Positions 38,931 to 51,960 of a stretch of DNA of 64,000 bases are shown in pieces. Within the stretch, counting starts at the first letter, position 1. Every line of letters begins with the position of its first letter. The stretch comes from Hydrolagus colliei (Eukaryota): assembly GCA_035084275.1 (NCBI GenBank), contig CM068745.1:11408001-11472000 (forward strand). The letters are read 5' to 3'. Under the pieces are notes generated by a model. The model was not told the origin of the DNA. It worked only from the letters and a program-made list of their open reading frames with translations, and ran no database searches. Made by a program: the position numbers and the translations under genes.

Positions 38931-39967
38931 GTCTCTGAATCACTACATTACATCTGAATGCATGGATCCCATGTTTTGCAAACAAAATATACAGTCAATT
39001 CACTTTACAGTATATTCTGCAAAATGCTTTGAGACATCATAAGATGTGATATAGCGCTATATCAAATGCAAGGATTATTATTATTCCCAGCTGTATGATC
39101 CAAAAATGAGGACAATTCAGACCTGCTTGACAAAATGTTAGGATCCTATTGCATCCTGGTTCTTAAATTTTGCAAACATTATTTAGACTACAGCCAAACT
39201 ATAGATATTAAAAACGCAATTTCCTCGCTATGCATTGTTTGAAATGTGGCAAGTATTTAACAAGGTTCATGCATGTTTATTCTCCACATTGTCTTTTAAT
39301 TGTGAGAGAAAAGCAAAATAAGATTGATTTTTAAAACACGACATTACTAAAATGTGTCTTCATGTTAGCGGCATTCCCCAGTGTACCTTTGATACAGTAC
39401 ATCATGTTATAAATCATTTTTATCCATCACATAAAGATGAACTGCATGAAAAAGACTTACTCAAGTGGCATGAATAAAAAATATTAGCTCTGCATGGAAT
39501 CCCCCATGGGAAATGATGTTATATTTTACAAAAATTTTGAGATTTGGAGAAATATATTCAAGTTATGTTCAAGTCCTCGACATCATTTTTCCTCTATGAC
39601 CAAGAAAATCTGTGTCAGTTGACACACAAAATGTGTGGGATTCAATCTGACACACCAATGCATTGCTGAGAGTGAGCTGCACCATCAGAGACATTCAAGG
39701 CCCTATCTGCTTGTTCAGGTTGATGTTAAAGTTCCCACGGCACTATTTGAAAAGAGAAGATAGTTTCTCCTGTCCTGGCCAACAATCCCTAAGAAAAAAA
39801 AACTGCTAATTTACTTCAAAGTTGCTTATAATGATAATGATAATGATAATGATGATGATGATGATGATAATAATAATAATATTGCTTGTCAAACATTAGC
39901 TGTGTGCAAATTACACTTGACAGTAAATCAAGTGCAATCCTCCTGATGTGAAAATCACAATACCAAA

Positions 39968-40253
39968 TTATAATAATAACCCTTGCATTTGATATCATGC
40001 TTTTCACGTCCTTTCGACGTCTCAAAGCTCTTCACGGAATATCGTGTAAAGTGAATTGACTGTATATTTTGTGCGTGAAACGTGGCAGCCAATTGCGTAC
40101 AGCAGTGTACCACAAACAGTCGTGGATTGAAGGATTTGAGGGATTATTGTCAGGCATATGGAGTAAGGAAACTTGCCCAAGGTTTCGCATTGCCAGAAAT
40201 TGAACCCAGGTCTCTCGCTTGTAAGGCTTTAACCACTGAGCTACAGGACTCCA
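39968..40253 (-). mobile_element. tRNA-derived SINE
   Basis: Same head, body and tail; CpGs largely retained. Confidence 0.88.
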
Positions 40254-40829
40254 CAGATATAAGGAGTATTATGATTATTATTATTAGTATAGAATCTTAG
40301 CAATAAAGAATCCTAACATTTGAGAGCACAGAAAGATGCCATTTAGCCCATCGTACCTGAAAGAGATAACCATTTCCTCCCACTGATTTACCCGCTCCCA
40401 GTGCCCCCTTTCTAAGTTTGTTTTCCTGAAAAATAGGTTCAATTCCTTTTTAAAAGCTATCACGAAAGCCTGATAATAGTGTTGGAGGAGACGAGTAACA
40501 GCGGTGCAATATTTTTAATTCATTTTATCCATAGAGTGCGAATGATTCACCAGATTAGATTTTCCCTTCTTGCTCACAGCCATCACAGTAGTTGAACTGT
40601 TCGCTCCAAATATTTTTTAGAAAGTTCCCAATATTACTGCAATCATAAAAGCTTGACTGCCATGTTAGCATTTCCTCAGTATTCATAGAGTCATACGAGT
40701 ATGGCACAGATAGAGCTTGATTTATTATGAATCAGAGATAATAGTGCCTCCAGAAAGCAATATAAATACTGTAATCTCTGTTTCATATCTTGCTTCTCTT
40801 CCAGCCCCTGCACTGTCACTTGTGGTTGT

Positions 40830-41680
40830 GGACAGAGCCCCAGGGCTCTGTCCTTGGCCCCCTACTTTTTAATATCTACATAACCCCCCCTTGGTGACAT
40901 CATCCACAGACGTAGGGTTAAATTCCACATGTATGCGGATGACACCCAACTCTATCTTTCTGCCTCTATCCTAGACTCCAGGACCACTGCTGTCCTATCA
41001 GACTGCCTGTCAGACATCAAGTCCTGGATGAGAGCTAATTTCCTACAGTTGAATTTCAACAAGACCAAGGCCCTCCTGATTGGCTTGCACTAGTGCCTTC
41101 ACGCATTAGGCACTGGCAGCATCAACAACAACAACAACAACAACAACAAATTACACTTATAAAGCACCTTTCACGTCGGGAGGACGTCCCAAGGCGCTGC
41201 ACAGGAGGCGTGTGACCCGAGCTGGGAGGGGAGTGTACGGGAAGGGGTGAAACAAGTAGGGGAGGTCGAAGAATTCGGGGTGGAACAAAAGGCACGGTCG
41301 AAGAGGAAAGTCTTCAAACCGGCCTTGAAAGAGGAAAGGGAAGAAACGAGACAGAGGGATTGGGGGATGGAATTCCATAGTGCCGGAGCAGAAAAACTGA
41401 AGGCCCGGCCTCCGATGGTGGGGCGGTTCGGGCGGGGGGCTTGGAGCAGGCCAAGTCCTGCTGAACGGAGGGTCCTGGTGGGCTTGTAGGGGCTCACTCG
41501 ACCTCACCAAGCCAGTTAAGAAGGTGTCTTGTTCGATCCTCGACTGTCTTTTCACCCTCATAGCCAAGCAATGACTCGCTCTGCCTTCCTTCACCTCCGC
41601 AATATTGCCCGACTCTGCCATTACCTTACTCCCAAGGCTGCTGAAACCCTCATTCATGCCTTCATCACATCCTGGCCTGT
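40830..41680 (+). mobile_element. Older L2 RT fragment split by a younger antisense L2
   Basis: PQG..LGP, FHMYADDTQLY and DIKSWMRANFLQLN before 41124; FDPRLSF...LRNIARL...AAETLIHAFITS after 41500. Confidence 0.88.
41125..41498 (-). mobile_element. Young L2 3' fragment nested in an older L2
   Basis: Nearly identical to 28438-28800; (AAC)n tail at 41125-41148. Confidence 0.92.
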
Positions 41681-42804
41681 TAAATATAACATTTATAATG
41701 TGACTTACTGAATGTAGACTTGCAGTCAGTGAAAATAAGAAGTTAGCTTTATTAGAGTTTTTGTTGGAGAGACTATTTCTGTGTTTGGAAAAGAGCCATT
41801 GTTCAGCAGTTTCAATCTTTTATATCTGATTTATTATTCTGGTGTGTTTCATCATGTCCATCAGCAGTAGGATGATTAGCAGTTAGAAACAGGATTTTAT
41901 TTCATGGTCTCTCTCTCTCTCTCTCTGTGTTTCTCTCTGGGGCAGCCAGGCCTGCTCCTCTGTGCATATATAACCAAACACATGTGAGGAGCTGTACTAA
42001 CCATTGTTGGACCTGGCTAGTGCTTTAATGGGATGGACAAAGCAGCGGTTCACAGCATGATTTGCTAATAGTGGCTCAGATTTGTTAACAGAAAATCCTG
42101 ATGGAAACCGGTAATATATCCGAACTATATATCTCCAGTCTCCCCAGTGGATCTTTGACATAATAATGTTTCATGTGGTGACATCCTCAGTCTATGTCAA
42201 ATGATGTGCAGCTGCATGAAAAGATTCAATTGCTGCCCTAATGGAAAATATGGAATTTCCAGTGGGAATAAAATGTGTTATATGTTACAAAAGTAGAATA
42301 GTCCAGTTATTGCATCTCCCTAAAGCAACACAGACACTATAATCTCAGTCTTATATATATTTTTCACAGGAATCACACAGAGGGCCTCTGAACAGAACTC
42401 ATAGGAATATTACCATCTACAGTACTTCTAGAGAATTAAAGCAGGAATCAAGTAAGTCAGCGGTGATGTACTGCTGTTAGCGGCCTATTAGTGAATCTGA
42501 GGCACAGTTAGTGATTCCTGTTGTGAAGCACTACAGCTTTGATCACGTTGTTATTCAAAACATGCTTATTAATAGCAATAATCCTTGCATTTAATATATT
42601 TTCTTAACATATCGTTGTTGGGACGTCCTCCTGACGTGAAAGGCGCTATACAAGTGTAATTTTGTTGTTTTTGTTGAGACAGCTCAAAGCGCTTCACAGA
42701 ATATATTGGTAGTGAATTGGTTGTATATATTGTGGGCAAAACATGGCAAGTGAGGCGAGTGCTTTAACCAATACACAACAGAACTTTATGCTTCTGTGAT
42801 TATG

Positions 42805-43103
42805 AGCTCCTGCAGCTCAGTGGTCGGAGCACTCACCTTACAAGCGTGAGTCCTGTGTTCAAATCCAGGCTGATCAGGGCGAAATTTTGGGCAAGTTTCC
42901 TTACTTCACAGGCCTAATACTGTAATAATCTGTCCAAAAAAAACACACAATAATAAAAAGTAGTTATTTCAATCTACGACTGTTTGTGGGACACTGCTGT
43001 GCACAATTGGCTGCTGCGTTGTGTCAATTCAATTGACAGTATATATAGTATATTGATAAGACATGAAAAGCATTATATCAAATGCAAGGATTATTATTAT
43101 TAT
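42805..43103 (+). mobile_element. tRNA-derived SINE
   Basis: gagctcctgcagctcagtggtcggagcactcaccttacaagcgtgag...gttcaaatcc...gcaaggattattattatt. Confidence 0.88.
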
Positions 43104-43329
43104 TTCATGAAGTTGCAAGGCTTTCTAGCAAAAAGGAACCTTTAAAGGTAACCTTCTTCGGTTAAATAATCTTTGAAGATTGGTACATTCCTAATCTTTT
43201 TAACTCGCTGTACACCCCTAACGTCTAGAACGCCCTGCCTCAATCCGTCCACCTGGGCCCATCTTGATCTTTCTTTACATTTCAAGTGTTTCATTTTATA
43301 TTTGCATAAAGTGGAGTATGGATACATGG

Positions 43330-44860
43330 ATGCACACGCCACCCAAACAAGCGAGTCAGGAATCTAGGCATCTTGTTCAACCCTCAACTGTCCTATCTCC
43401 CCCACATCCGTGACATGATCCGCTCTGCCTTCCCACACCTCTGCAACATTGTCCAATTCCATGACTGCCTCACCACTCAGGTCACCAAAGTCCTAATACA
43501 TGCCTTCATTAGAACCAGGCTTGACTATGCCAACCCATTGTTGGCCTCCCCAACTCTTCGCTCCACAAGCTACAGATCATCCGGAACTCTGCAGTCTGTG
43601 TTCGTTCCCGCAGCAAACACCAAGAACTCCATCAAACCCATCCTCGCCTTCTCCACTAGCTCCCATCCCTCAGAGGATCGCGTTCAAAATCCTCATTCTC
43701 ACCTTCAAGGCCATCCCAGATAGCAAGCCCATATGGGCCGCATATGGGCCAATTTGGTTTGATCCATGCCCATATGGGCCCCACATGGGCTTGCTACCTG
43801 GGATCCACAGGCTTGCCTGCTCCCTACCTCTGCAATCTGCTGACCCTATATCAACCTGTCCGCTCCTTCCGTTCAGCAAGCTCTGAGCGCTCCAAAGCCT
43901 TCACCAGGCCTGCCTCAACATCAGCGGTCGGGCCTTAAGCCTTTCTACCCCCACTCTATGGAACTCCATCCCACATTCCTTTTGCCTCCCCCTTCGTCTC
44001 CTTCAAAGACCATTTTAAAACCCTCCTCTTCATTCGAGCCCACCTATCCTAATGCCCTCCCAGCCCTCCACCCTCTTGACCCCCAGCTCGGGTGCAAATC
44101 CCCCACTGTTCCAACACCTTGGGACATCCTCCTGATGCGAAAGACACTATACAAATGTAATTTTGTATTGTATTGTAACCAAGGCTCATTTTATCTCCTT
44201 CTCCTCTTGAACCTCTCAACTGCCTTCAACACAGCCAATAATACCATCCTCCTTCACTGCATCTCTGCCCTCAGTCACCTTAGTGGGACCACATTGTCCT
44301 GGTATGAACCCTACTTGACCACTGTCAACACTAAGTCTCTGAAAATAGTCGTTTCACCTCCCTTGACCAATTACCTGCTGTGTACCCCAAGCCGCCATCG
44401 TTGGCCCCCTCCATTTTTTCATTTACATGCTCCCTCTTGGCAATTCTATCCGCAAACATGGGATCAACTTCCATCTAATAATAATAATCCTTACATTTAT
44501 ATAACGCTTTCCACGTCTTATCGACGTCTCAAAGCGCTTCACAGAATACAACAACGTTCCAAGGTTGGGAGCAGAGCAGGGGGGATATGCAGGTGGCACC
44601 CAAATCTCCTTCTCCTCCTCTAGCTGCAACCCAAGGTCCATCAATGCTCTCTCCTATTGCTTGTCAGACATCAAGGCCTAACAGACATCGAGCACTAACT
44701 TCCTGCAGTTGAATGTTGACTAGATGACTACCAAACTCCTTATCTCCGATCACCATCTTCTCACTCTGCGAATCTGACTTCCTTAACTTCCCTGGCATAT
44801 CCCTCTGACTTACTAACCCTGTGCATAACCTCGACATCAGGGTTAAACCTCAGTCGTCAT
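43330..44860 (+). mobile_element. Cluster of degraded L2 fragments with a nested MITE and SINE tail
   Basis: FNPQLSYLPHIR...LIHAFIRTRLDYAN, QRIAFKILILTFKAI, tail near 44115-44175, then an LLLLNLSTAFNT RT remnant. Confidence 0.8.
43715..43802. mobile_element. 88-bp MITE with terminal inverted repeats (CCCAG...CTGGG) and 2-bp TSD (AT)
   Basis: cccagatagcaagcccatatggg ... cccacatgggcttgctacctggg, with AT at 43713-43714 and 43803-43804. Removing it restores the L2 sequence aaggccatccacagg. Confidence 0.85.
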
Positions 44861-47399
44861 TCCCAGGTAAAACTGTATTGAACCCTGGCAACAATCAAAT
44901 ACTTCTGTCATCGAGGCACCACTCAATCTACAGTGCCATCTTGTGGATAATCTTAGAAAACCAATGTATAAGAACCAGAAATACTTTTGCGATTGGTCAC
45001 TCATTCCACATTCGCTGTTTTGAGGTCATTGCTGTACACAAAATTGGTGCCTGCAATATGTAGTCACTGCACATTACAGTAAATCCTGCAAAGGGCTTTG
45101 AGACATCCTTCCAATGTCAAACTACTACATCAAATGCAAGGATTTAATTTTTTTTTCATATACTCTTTATACTTTGCATTGAACCCTTGACCATTCGCAG
45201 CATTCCTCATATATCAGGTGCCTAATTCGAGCAAACAGTTTAGTTGTCCTTTGTGGTACCCTCTCCAATTCCAGGATTTTATTACTGTGATACAGGGAAT
45301 AGAATTGTAAGCAGTGATCTAAGCAGTGATCATTTAGTGACACTTCTTGTCAATTATGCTTCATTCCTTTAGCTAAACAGGAAGGTATCTTGTTAATTTT
45401 CTTTACTGCTGCTGTTTGCTGTTTCGGCAATTTCAGTTGTCCGTCCACCAGTATGCCAACTCTCTCTCTTATGTCACTGAGACTGATACCAGTTAGTTTA
45501 TATCCTCACTGTTTCTTCTCCATTCCCAATCCCACTTTGGTGATGAGTCCTTCAAAAACTTGACAAATGGAAGAAGCAATTAATCTCACTCACTGGTTCT
45601 TTTATTGCACTCATGAACTAGTCACCTTTAGCATTTCACTCTGAAGGTATAATGATGACTGCAGAGATCCAGTACTGCATATCAAACAGATGCACTCACA
45701 GCAAAAACGATCCTTGAACACCTCAACTTGTAAACTTGACATTTATGTGGACACTCAATAGAAAAAACAGCAAGTGACAGGAGAAAGGCAAGGGAGGGCT
45801 TTCTTTGGCACTCTTGGAATATTTATTGAAACAGTGACATCTGATGGGATCTTGAACTGAGCAATTACATCATTTCAGAGCAAAATATAATTCAGATTAT
45901 CAAGTTTCTAAATTGCAAATCAAATTATTTAACAAAAGCATTACGTAATAGCAATTATTATTAATAATATTTCTTACATGTCAGAAGAACATCTCAGATT
46001 GCCTCACGGGATACATTATTAAATACAGTGCCCGCATTTTGTGGGTGAAACTAGGCAGCCAAACTATGCACATCAATGTCCCCAAAGCAGCCAAGAAGTG
46101 AATAACCAATTTTACTTAGTAATAATAATAATCCTTCCATTTAATATATGCCTTATTAGGCATTCAAGACACCTCAAAGCTTTTCATAGAATATACTGTA
46201 AAGTGAATTGACTATATTTTATGAGCGAAACATGGCATCTGACAATTGACTAACAAATGGATTCTTACTTACTACAGTACTAGTTAAGCAGAGGGGTGTG
46301 AAGTAAGGAAACGTGTCTAAGGTTTTGCCCTGCCCAGGGATTGAACCCGGATCCTCTCACTTAATGTATCGGAGTCCTTTTGCAATTGCTCTAACCAATA
46401 CGCAACTGGATTCTAATACTCTACATTAGTTTCGTGCTTTGAGAAGTCTTGAAGATGTGATCAGGCACTATATCAAATGCAAGGATTATTATATATTATT
46501 ATTACTTGTATAGTTAGTTGTTGGCCAGGTTACAGGGAGAGACTCCATTCTATAAATTGAAAGAAATACAAAAGGGTTGATTCTAATCTGTATGCTCCAC
46601 ATGGTAAATTCCCGTGGCCTAAAAGCTACAGTTCCTTGGTCTATTTAGTAAATTAATGAATTTAATCCGAGCATTAATAAATAAATGTAATGGAATTGTA
46701 AATTTTAAATAACATTGCATTAAAGATGCATAATGAAAGTGGATATTTTAATAACAAATGCTGCTAATTCCAGGGGATGATCCAGCGAGGATTCACTTCC
46801 ACACTGGATAAGCATATATAGCGTGTGTAAAAAGTGCAACCAAAAATTTGAAAGCAGCTACTTTAAATAATGCAACAGGGTTGGAATCTCCAGAAGGCAA
46901 GCAGTGCACAGAAATGTGCGATATTAACTCACCCTTGCCAGAAATTGGTCTGTCTGTGAAGCATACAGAAACTATTAATGCCATTGTGTATCCAATATTT
47001 TCCAACTCTCGGGAGACTAGGAGTTCCAGGAAAATGGCACACTACGGGCTTTCCACTAGGAAGCTTGCCCTTATGGATGGGAAGAGCTTCTGGCATCCTG
47101 AAAAAATAAAATAGAGCAGAAAATGTTCAACATCAGAGAGTGCGACTGTTGATATAAATGGGATTTACAATGAGAAACTCGCATACTCCTATAATAATGA
47201 TAATATAATATAATAATCCTTGCATTTGATATAGCGCTTTTCACATCTTATCGACGCTTAATTGCGGCTGTTAAATTGGCTGCTGAATAGTGAAACACAA
47301 GACAGCAAAGTCTGGAAAAGGTCAGTGAGCAAACCATCAACAGGAAACAAAATTGTCAGAATATTTTATGGAGGTTGCATTTTAGAGCCCAGTTAATTC

Positions 47400-48450
47400 T
47401 CAGGAGGCACAATTGAAGAGGAGGGTCTTGAGACTGGCCTTGAAGGAGGCAAGGGAGGCAGTGAGGAGAAGGGACTGTGGGATTGAGTTCCAGAGAGACT
47501 GAAAGCCCAGCCACTGAGGGTAGGGTGGGTCGCGCTAGGGACACGTAGGAGGCGGGCAGGTTGATAGGGAGTCAGCAGGTTGGAGAGATAGGAAGGGGCA
47601 AGTCCATGAATGGCCTTGAAAGTGAGGACGAGGATCTTGAATTTGATCCTCTGGGAGATGGGGAGCCAATGGAGCCAGGCGTGGGTGGAGGTGATGTGGT
47701 CGATCAACTTAGTGCAGGAAAGGACACAAGCTGCAGAGCACACGGCATCCTAACCTCAGCTCTGATGCCCAGCCAGAACTGTGAGGTGCTTTGGGTCATC
47801 ATTCCGAAGTGAAAGGCACTATATAAGTGTGAATTGTATTACAACTTTTTCCTATTTCAGGTCCATCACTGAACAACTAAAACATTTAATTGTAAGGCAG
47901 TTCCACTGAAGCACCACTAGATGGGTTTAGATGTCAAGGAATTTGTTGTCTACCAACACTGTTAGAGAAGAAGTTCTTATACATTTCTGGACTTCTACAA
48001 CAACAAACTTACATTTATAGAGTGCCTTTCACGTCGGAAGTACGTCCCAAAGTGCTGAAGAATCAGGTCGGGACCCGAGCAGTGGGGGGTGAAAGGGTTG
48101 GGGTAGGGGGAAGTGGGAGGGGAGTAGGAGAGGGGGAAGAGTTAGGAGGGGAGCAGAAGGCACGGTCGAAGAGGAAGGTCTTGACACTGGCCTTGAAGGA
48201 GGAAAGAGAGGAAGTGAGGCAAAGGGATTGCGGGATGGAGTTCCACAGTGTGGGAGCAGAGAGGCTGAAAGCCTGGCCACCGATGGTTGGGCGGTTAGGG
48301 CGATGGACATGGAGCAGGCCAGAGCCCGCTGGCGGAGGGGACAAGAGGGATGATAGGGAGACAGGAGGTCGGAGAAATAGGCGGTGGCAAGGCCGTGAAT
48401 GGCCTTGAAGGTGAAGACGAGGATCTTGAATTCAATCCCTGGGGGATGGG
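47400..48450 (-). mobile_element. Two L2 3' fragments (about 47400-47745 and 47997-48450)
   Basis: DHITSTHAWLHWLPISQRIKFKIL; IGGQAFSLSAPTLWNSIPQSL...LFDRAF with (AAC)n tail at about 47997. Confidence 0.85.
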
Positions 48451-48929
48451 TCCTTCTACTTGGAAAAGCTGGTTATACAGTATATGTCTGGTGATGCAGC
48501 AAATCGCCAGATTCAGGTGACTGAAGGACATTTTGAGTTTTCCCATTGGAAGGGATGAAATATTAGATATGTCACCTTCCCCCTCTTACACAATACTGTA
48601 AGTGGTGGCAGAATTAAAGCAACCTGTAGGAGTCATGGGAATGTATTGCCTCCAAAGTGTTGTGAGGTGAAAATTGAAACATGTGTTAGTTGATACATTG
48701 TTGAAAATTCTGCCTCATTGATAGATAAAAACATTAACTTCTGCATTGATGTGACCCTCCACCCTCTTCTCCACGTTTTACTAAAAGTATTTTACTACTA
48801 AACTTAGAAATGTTAAAGACATAATGTTCACACTTGAGGACACAGGTTCTGTGGCTTCTTTGTGGTATCTATGTGAGTCAGAAAGTGAGAGTGGTCCTCA
48901 GTTCAGTTTTAATGGTCCTTCCTGTGCTA

Positions 48930-49135
48930 TTAATTATAATCCTTGCATTTGATATAGCGCTTTTCACATCTTATCGATGTCTCAAAGTGCTTCACAGAAT
49001 ATTCTGTAAAGTGAATTGACTGTATATTTGTGAACGAAAAGTGGCAGCCAATTGCGCACAGCAGTGTCCCACAAACAGTCGTGGATTGAAATGACCAATT
49101 TTATTATTGTTTTTTTTTGGAGGGATTATTATTAC
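48930..49135 (-). mobile_element. 5'-truncated SINE
   Basis: Body and tail only. Confidence 0.85.
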
Positions 49136-50739
49136 TTCGAAAAGCAAAAACATTAATTTATTCCACCACAATAAAATAATAAGTATAACGGACATACAGT
49201 ACTTAGGAATCCAATGTAAATGTTGCTGTCTCATTAGAAATGAGACAGATAGCGAGCGGTCTAGACAGGAATATGACTGTGCAATGACATTGCTCTATCA
49301 TAATTCTTAGCTTAAAAATGTGGGTGCAATTAACCCAGATAGCCTGCATAAATGATCAGATGAATGTGGAAAAGCTGAGAAACATTGTCATTTCATGGAG
49401 ATAGAGAAGATCAATGCGATAAAAGTGATGACTGTACCATTGTAATTCAGCTTCCCTTTTTAAATACAATTTAACTAAGTGAAAGTAAGTAGCAGGTGAG
49501 TCATATACACATTGTTCTGATGTCATGTTGTCTAGAAGGAAAAAGCAACTTTATATTTTCTTTTGAAGGCCAATATTAAAGGGAACATTTGTGTTCATTC
49601 TGTAGATTATTGGGGGTTGGTTTGGAGAGTGCTTACTTTCTCAGTGTTAGGAGATGGAAAAGGTTGAATCTATAATTTCTTTGCAAACAATCTAGTGTAC
49701 AGTACTTTGAGATATTTCAATGTGATATGGCACTATAAAAACAAAAGCCCTATTGGCCACAGTTAATTTAGTTTTGTTCCCTTAATTTAAATGTAATGTT
49801 TCTTCTAACCATCTGTTGGCTTCGTTATGGTATATTTAAAATAGTGAATGCCTGAATGTGTTTTCCAACATGAACCATGTCAACTGCACAGCAGTCCTAT
49901 ATATCATCTCGCCATCTGCTTCTTTACATCAGAGTGGTGCCTATTACATTTAACAAATTGAGATTGTTTTACTGAAATACTATGCATGAAAAAGATTGCT
50001 GTAATTAACAGATAACTCAAGGGAACAAATGAGAATGATATAAGCAATTAAACTATTAAATTCATAAAACCGATCCATTGGAGCCCAGTTGATGAAAGTT
50101 GTATGGTTTGGTTAATATTTATGCTGGAATTGCTATTTTGCCCACAAAATATACAGTCACGAACTTTACAGTATGTTCTGGGAAGCGCTTTGATACGCAA
50201 TTAAGACCTGCTAAGGCGCTATATCAAATGCAAGGATTATAATTATATTACTATAATAAAAAGGAACCTTGTGCATATATTTCATTTAATTCGTTTTTTT
50301 AAGATGAAATGTTTTGGATTATCACAGAAAATTGTTTAATACATTTTAAAATTCCCACCCACCCATGGATACACACAACCACAGAGTTTCATTTTTTTAA
50401 TCTTCTTCCCCAAAAATATGATATCTAATTGAGAAATACATAATCTACAGTCTACAGCTAGTACATATTTTAAACAATTTAGAATGCACCTTCACATAAA
50501 GCTTAGATATGCTTATTTTATTTCATTTGATCTCCCTACCTACGTGTTCTCTTCTGCACACTCTGCTCTTCCAATAGTAATCTATTGTTCATTCCTTAAT
50601 CCTTCCATCCCACCATCAGGCACTGTGGTGAGGATGGAATGTTTTCTCAAAATCTCTTCACTTTGTTTTCCCTCCTCACTCCTTTGAAAGCCCTTTTAAA
50701 AACATATCTGTCCAGTTTTGCTTTTAGTCAATATCTTCT

Positions 50740-51960
50740 TGGAGGGATGAGATTGATGGGCCGAAGGGCCTTTTTTAGTATCTGGTAGAACCAGAGCACA
50801 CAGTCTGCGATTGAAGAGAGGGTAACTAACCTCTGGAACAACAACAAAATTGCACTGATAGAGCACCTTTCACTGATAGAACACCGGGATAATGTCCCAA
50901 GGTGCTGAACAGTCAGGGGTTGGACCCAATCAAGTAGGAGGGATGGGGTAGGGGTGAGGGGAGGCAGGGAGCTGGGAGGCCAGCTGAAGGCATGGTCGAA
51001 AAAGAGGGTCTTGAGGCCTTGAAGGAGGCAATGGAGAAAGATTGTGGTATCGAGTTTATGTTGGATGGGTGCAGAGAAGCTGAAAGCCCAGCCACCAATG
51101 GAAGCGCAGGTCGGACAGGAGACAGACCGAAACCTGCTGAATGGAGGGAGTGGGCAGGTTTGTAGGGAGTCAGCAGGTTTTTGGAGAGGTAGGAGGGGGC
51201 AAGGCTATGGATGGCCTTGAAAGCGAGGATGAGGATCTTGAATTCTATTCTCTGGTGGATGGGGAGCCCATGGAGCCAGGCAAGGGGGGAATTGATGGAG
51301 TCGCAGAGAGGGAGAGGACACAAGCTGCAGAGATTTGAGTGGTCTGCAGCTTGTGAATGGAAGAATTGGGAAGGCTGACAAGGAGGGAGTTTCCGTAGTC
51401 AAGCCTAGATGTGACGAATGCATGGGTGAGGGTTTCGGCAGCCTGAGGGGTGAGACAGTGGTGGAGTCTGGCAATGTTACAGAGGTGGTGGAAGGCAGTG
51501 CTGGTCAAGGAGCAAATGTGGGGGAGAAAAGACAGTTCAGAGGCAAGCAAAACACCTGGTTCCTGATTGGCTTTGTGAGGTGCAGTGTGCAGCCATGGAT
51601 TTCGATGCTTCCAGCGCCTGAGGTGCAGAGTCGCTGGCACGAGCCAATAAGAAGGGCTTCAGTCTTGCTGACGTTGAGCTGGAGAAAGTTATCCCTCGTC
51701 CAGGACTTGATGACTGTCAGGATGCCAGTAGTCCTGGAGTTGAGGGTGGAGCCAGAGAAGTAGAGCTGGCTCCCTAGGGAGATGGTTGAAGCAGGAAATG
51801 TTGATTCTTTCAAACATAGATTAGATCATTTTCTTTTACGGAATAACATTATAGGATATAGTACATAGGTAGTTTGGGCTTTTCGTGCATGCCACCAGGA
51901 AGGTGGAAGGTGAACTAGATGAAGCTTGGTCTTTTTCATCTAGCACTTCTTATGTTCTTC
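50740..51960 (+). mobile_element. Degraded CR1 3' end (about 50740-50840 and 51770-51960)
   Basis: agaaccagagcacacagt, ctctggaac, gttgaagca...ttcaaacatagattagat, tail ttcttatgttctt. Confidence 0.65.
50838..51770 (-). mobile_element. L2 3' fragment inserted into a CR1 3' end
   Basis: IKSWTRDNFLQLNVSKTEALLIGS, SRLDYGN, IHQRIEFKIL. The flanks rejoin as CR1-like ctctggaac|ggctccctagggagatggttgaagca. Confidence 0.88.

Noticed and set aside
50893-50910. RE1/NRSE-like site TGTCCCAAGGTGCTGAA upstream of a neuronal gene
   Set aside because: Spacing and the second half do not fit the canonical CTGTCC-NN-GGTGCTGAA, and it is simply part of an L2 tail.
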